NCBI GenBank assembly: GCA_947624415.1
Contig: CANQKH010000005.1
Location: 17,072-81,071, forward strand
Length of the DNA stretch: 64,000 nucleotides
Source of the DNA: an uncultured Clostridia bacterium
GTDB taxonomy: Bacteria; Bacillota; Clostridia; Christensenellales; UBA1242
Reading direction: 5' to 3'
The first letter of the stretch is position 1. Every line of letters begins with the position of its first letter. The notes beneath the pieces were generated by a model that was not told where the DNA came from, did no database searches, and worked only from the letters and a program-made list of their open reading frames with translations. Below are positions 60,775-64,000 of this stretch, piece after piece. A program made the translations under genes and the position numbers.

Positions 60775-63700
60775 ATGAAAAAATTTAAAAATATTGGAAT
60801 GAAAGCCATATTCTTGACATTTGCAATTTCTATGATTGTTGTTTTTTCTACAATTTTTAATGTCCCAGAAGCGGAGAAGCAGTTTGATGATGTTGTGCCA
60901 CAAGCCGCTTTTAGCGTTGAAACGTTATCAACTTCTTATAACGACCTATTTAATTTTAGAGTGGGGACAATATATAAGGCTACGAATGGAGTCTCATTTA
61001 ATGCTGGGGCAAAAGTGTATGACCCATATGGCCAATCAGATGAAAACAGATATGGAAGACGATATTCAGTGCTTTACATACCTAAAGGAAAAACTGTTTA
61101 CGCATATGGCACAGAAGGTTGTGCCGGCATTGAAGTTACTGGCAATAGAGCGCTCATAGTAGTTGGAGGTGGAACTCTTGAAGCGAAGGGAGGCAATGCC
61201 GGGCGAGGCTATGGTGGCTCAAATGGAACAAGCGGAGTTGCGAGTGGCACACCTGTTAATGGTCGCGGTGGCAATGGTGGTAACGGAGGCAGAGGTGCTG
61301 GTGCAGGCATTGGAGGCAATGGAGGCTACGGTGGAGGCGGTGGCACAGGTGCATCAGGTGGTAGCTCTGGTTATAACGGTGGTAGAGGAGGGAGCGGTAA
61401 CAATGGTGATGACATGGGATACCTTTATGTTCTTGGCTCCATTACAATAGAGGCATCGGGTGGTGGATATGATTATTACCCAGTATATGGCGGAAGTGCT
61501 GGTTATACCGACCAATATGGGTTCATTCTCATGGGCGGCGGTGGAGGCGGCGGTGCTGGTGCCTTTGGTAAATTTGATGCAGACGCAATCGGCGGCGGTG
61601 CCGGCGGAGGCGGCGGTGGAGGCGGCGGTGCTGCTGGTCCTGGTTCTAGTTCCACCGGGGGGTTTTATTATGATATGAATGGTTATGGTGGTTCTGGTGG
61701 TTCTGGTGGTATTGATGGTCCAAATGGCAAGTCTGGTTCTTGGACTTATTTGGGAGGAAGCCAACCATATGGTGGTGCTGGTGGTGCTGCTGGTAAAAAA
61801 GGCGGATCTGGCAAACTTTATGCACAAAATGGAACGTCTATAGCAAGCCGATCGAGTGATTATTCAACAACTGGGAGGATGACAGAGTTACAATATTATA
61901 TAACCTTTTCTCCTGGAGCAAATTGTGCTACTAATGGGGACACGGGTCAAACAGTTTATTTCTTTCAATCAATGACAAAAATTAATGTTCCAACAAAAAC
62001 GGGCTATACGTTCATGGGATATTACACGGCAGAAAATGGTGGAGGAACACAATACTTTGATGAAAATGGCTATGCACTTACAAATCGCAAAAATGATACC
62101 AATAAAGAATTTGGAGACAGATATGATCAATTTTCCAATATCACCCTTTATGCTAAATGGGAAGTAAATAAATATTACGTGTCGTTTAATGCAGGCAGCG
62201 GTGCAACAGGAACTATGAATACTCAAACTTTAAGTTATAAAAATGATGATGAAAGTGGGGATGCATTGACGGCGAACGCTTTCGAGAAAACTGGACATTA
62301 CTTTAAAGGTTGGTCAAAAAGCAGTTCGGCGACAACGGTAAACTATACAGATAAACAAGTGGTTAAAAATTTATCGACAAGCAAAGGGGCAATAGTAAGT
62401 TTGTATGCAGTCTGGGAAAAAGAGACGTATAATATAACATTTTATGGAAATGGTGGAAAGGTAAATTCCGTGAGTGAAGATACCCATCAAGTAAAATATG
62501 ATGAAAGTGTAACTGTCGTCGTTGATAGACCTGGATACAATTTTAATTATTTTACAAAAGAAAAAAGTCCAACGACAGATAGCACAAAATATCCTTTAAG
62601 CGGAAATCAATTTAAAGTTGTTGATTTTGGGGAAAATGGTGCAATAGTCCCAATGTATGCCCAATGGACAGCGAAACAATATAGTATAACGTATGATGCC
62701 GGGGGTAAAACATTGACGGAAGGGTCGTTGCCAAGTTCAGTAAGGCTAAATTATGACGATACTGGAACTACATATAAAATTCCGTCCAATGTAATAAAAG
62801 CAAAAGGCTATGAATTTAACGGCTGGGAAAATGAAGCAAATGGAAAGATATATCAGCCGGGGCAACAAGTAGCAATAAAAGATTTATTCAATATTTCAAC
62901 TCAGTCGGGAGTATATAATATTTCAAACATAACATTAACTGCAGAATGGATACCAATTACATATAAAGTTAAATTTGACCCAAATACAATTGATATTAAA
63001 AATGAAAAACTTTTCACAACTCCAACAGTCTCGCCAAGCATAGCCGATTCATCTTTTTCAAATTTAACTCCTTCAAATGAAATCTATACATTAACATATG
63101 GCAAAAGTTATTTAATATCAAGTACTTTTGTATGTAATGGCTACAATCTCGTAGGGCTTAGAACAAATGCAGATGCAACAGGACCATTATGTAGTTGGTT
63201 GATATCTAATTTAACCGATGTAAAAGATCAAGAAATTACTTTTTACGCACAATGGGAGCCAACATGGTCAAAATTTGCCCATAAGGAGTCGGCAAAACCA
63301 GTGCAACAGGGTTCAACCTATTTAATACAAAGTGCTGAGAATTTAGGATGGCTTATGGGGACAATATCTTTTGGAAGCACAGAACTCAAAAATAGTATTA
63401 ACAGCACAATTACATTTAAACAAACAAGAAACATATATTTAACCGATTATCCATGGAACCCAGACGGAATATTTTCTTCTAGGTATGACGGAAATGGTTG
63501 TTATATATATGACTTGCACAACGAGACAGAGGATAATAAAAACATAATTATCAAAGAATACGTGGGACTATTTGCTCAAACCAGTGGTGCTAGTCTTCAA
63601 AAAATAACAATAATGTCAGGTAACTTAGTTGGAGAAGAAAATTGTTATGTTGGTTCAATTGTGGGATATGCATCAAATACGTTAATTAAAAATTGTATAA

Positions 63701-64000
63701 ATTATGCGAGTGTTTATGGGAAGGGATCTGCTATGGGTTTTGTTGGAGGTATAGTTGGATACAAAACGGACAGTGATTCATCAAATGCCTCCGCAACTAT
63801 GTCAAGTTGTATTAATTATGGTAAAGTTGTCCTTGATTACACATCAGATGCTTTCGTAGGAGGAATTGTAGGTTATATAGAAAATGGTGTTGTAAAAAGC
63901 TGTTATGTTAAGTCAACTATAATAGCTAATGCTGGTTTTTCTGGTGGTATAGCAGGTTTGGCTGGCAATGTTACAATTGAACAATGTGCTTATATTGGGA
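60775..64000 (+). CDS. large secreted/surface protein (partial, >1075 aa) with Gly-rich segment, InlB B-repeat-like units and GLUG motifs; not in the ORF track
   Basis: RBS GGGAGG, ATG 60775, signal peptide MKKFKNIGMKAIFLTFAISMIVVF. Gly-rich GGNGGNGG… region at about 61190-61810, PTKTGYTFMGYY…LYAKW units, VGGIVG motifs. No stop seen before the window end. Confidence 0.85.
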   Translation, partial: MKKFKNIGMKAIFLTFAISMIVVFSTIFNVPEAEKQFDDVVPQAAFSVETLSTSYNDLFNFRVGTIYKATNGVSFNAGAKVYDPYGQSDENRYGRRYSVLYIPKGKTVYAYGTEGCAGIEVTGNRALIVVGGGTLEAKGGNAGRGYGGSNGTSGVASGTPVNGRGGNGGNGGRGAGAGIGGNGGYGGGGGTGASGGSSGYNGGRGGSGNNGDDMGYLYVLGSITIEASGGGYDYYPVYGGSAGYTDQYGFILMGGGGGGGAGAFGKFDADAIGGGAGGGGGGGGGAAGPGSSSTGGFYYDMNGYGGSGGSGGIDGPNGKSGSWTYLGGSQPYGGAGGAAGKKGGSGKLYAQNGTSIASRSSDYSTTGRMTELQYYITFSPGANCATNGDTGQTVYFFQSMTKINVPTKTGYTFMGYYTAENGGGTQYFDENGYALTNRKNDTNKEFGDRYDQFSNITLYAKWEVNKYYVSFNAGSGATGTMNTQTLSYKNDDESGDALTANAFEKTGHYFKGWSKSSSATTVNYTDKQVVKNLSTSKGAIVSLYAVWEKETYNITFYGNGGKVNSVSEDTHQVKYDESVTVVVDRPGYNFNYFTKEKSPTTDSTKYPLSGNQFKVVDFGENGAIVPMYAQWTAKQYSITYDAGGKTLTEGSLPSSVRLNYDDTGTTYKIPSNVIKAKGYEFNGWENEANGKIYQPGQQVAIKDLFNISTQSGVYNISNITLTAEWIPITYKVKFDPNTIDIKNEKLFTTPTVSPSIADSSFSNLTPSNEIYTLTYGKSYLISSTFVCNGYNLVGLRTNADATGPLCSWLISNLTDVKDQEITFYAQWEPTWSKFAHKESAKPVQQGSTYLIQSAENLGWLMGTISFGSTELKNSINSTITFKQTRNIYLTDYPWNPDGIFSSRYDGNGCYIYDLHNETEDNKNIIIKEYVGLFAQTSGASLQKITIMSGNLVGEENCYVGSIVGYASNTLIKNCINYASVYGKGSAMGFVGGIVGYKTDSDSSNASATMSSCINYGKVVLDYTSDAFVGGIVGYIENGVVKSCYVKSTIIANAGFSGGIAGLAGNVTIEQCAYIG

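Noticed and set aside
60836-62226. Track ORFs rich in Val/Ala/Glu or Thr/Ser/Ala, and a local GC rise suggesting foreign DNA
   Set aside because: These are alternate-frame readings of the Gly codons of the real ORF starting at 60775, and the GC rise is explained by the glycine content.
1-64000. CRISPR array, rRNA, transposase or prophage genes
   Set aside because: No regularly spaced repeat-spacer array, rRNA-like sequence, or transposase, integrase or phage structural gene was recognised.

Overview
AT-rich chromosomal window from a spore-forming Clostridia-like bacterium (spoIVA, DUF1292 pair, der-plsY, trpS, rnr, tdk, phosphoketolase, tRNA-Arg) carrying several accessory loci. The most striking is a four-gene radical-SAM operon at 645-2752. 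Its RlmN/Cfr-like enzyme stops short of the C-terminal catalytic segment. That missing segment (…AACGQL…, containing the methyl-carrier Cys) is encoded separately as an unannotated 39-aa peptide with its own RBS, downstream of a second atypical radical SAM (Cx11Cx2C) and a methyltransferase. Other notable loci are: a Bacteroides-like serine palmitoyltransferase homolog; a radical SAM + aGPT-Pplase1 (DNA base hypermodification family) pair with an apparent frameshift at its start; a GNAT-ASCH fusion; a 7058-aa surface protein; an 8-gene HTH/TerY-P/SF1 helicase/HEPN/coiled-coil McrBC defence operon resembling CoCoNuT systems; and a second large Gly-rich surface protein, running off the window end, behind a promoter with a G11 tract in its spacer. 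All family calls come from motif recognition by eye, not from database searches.
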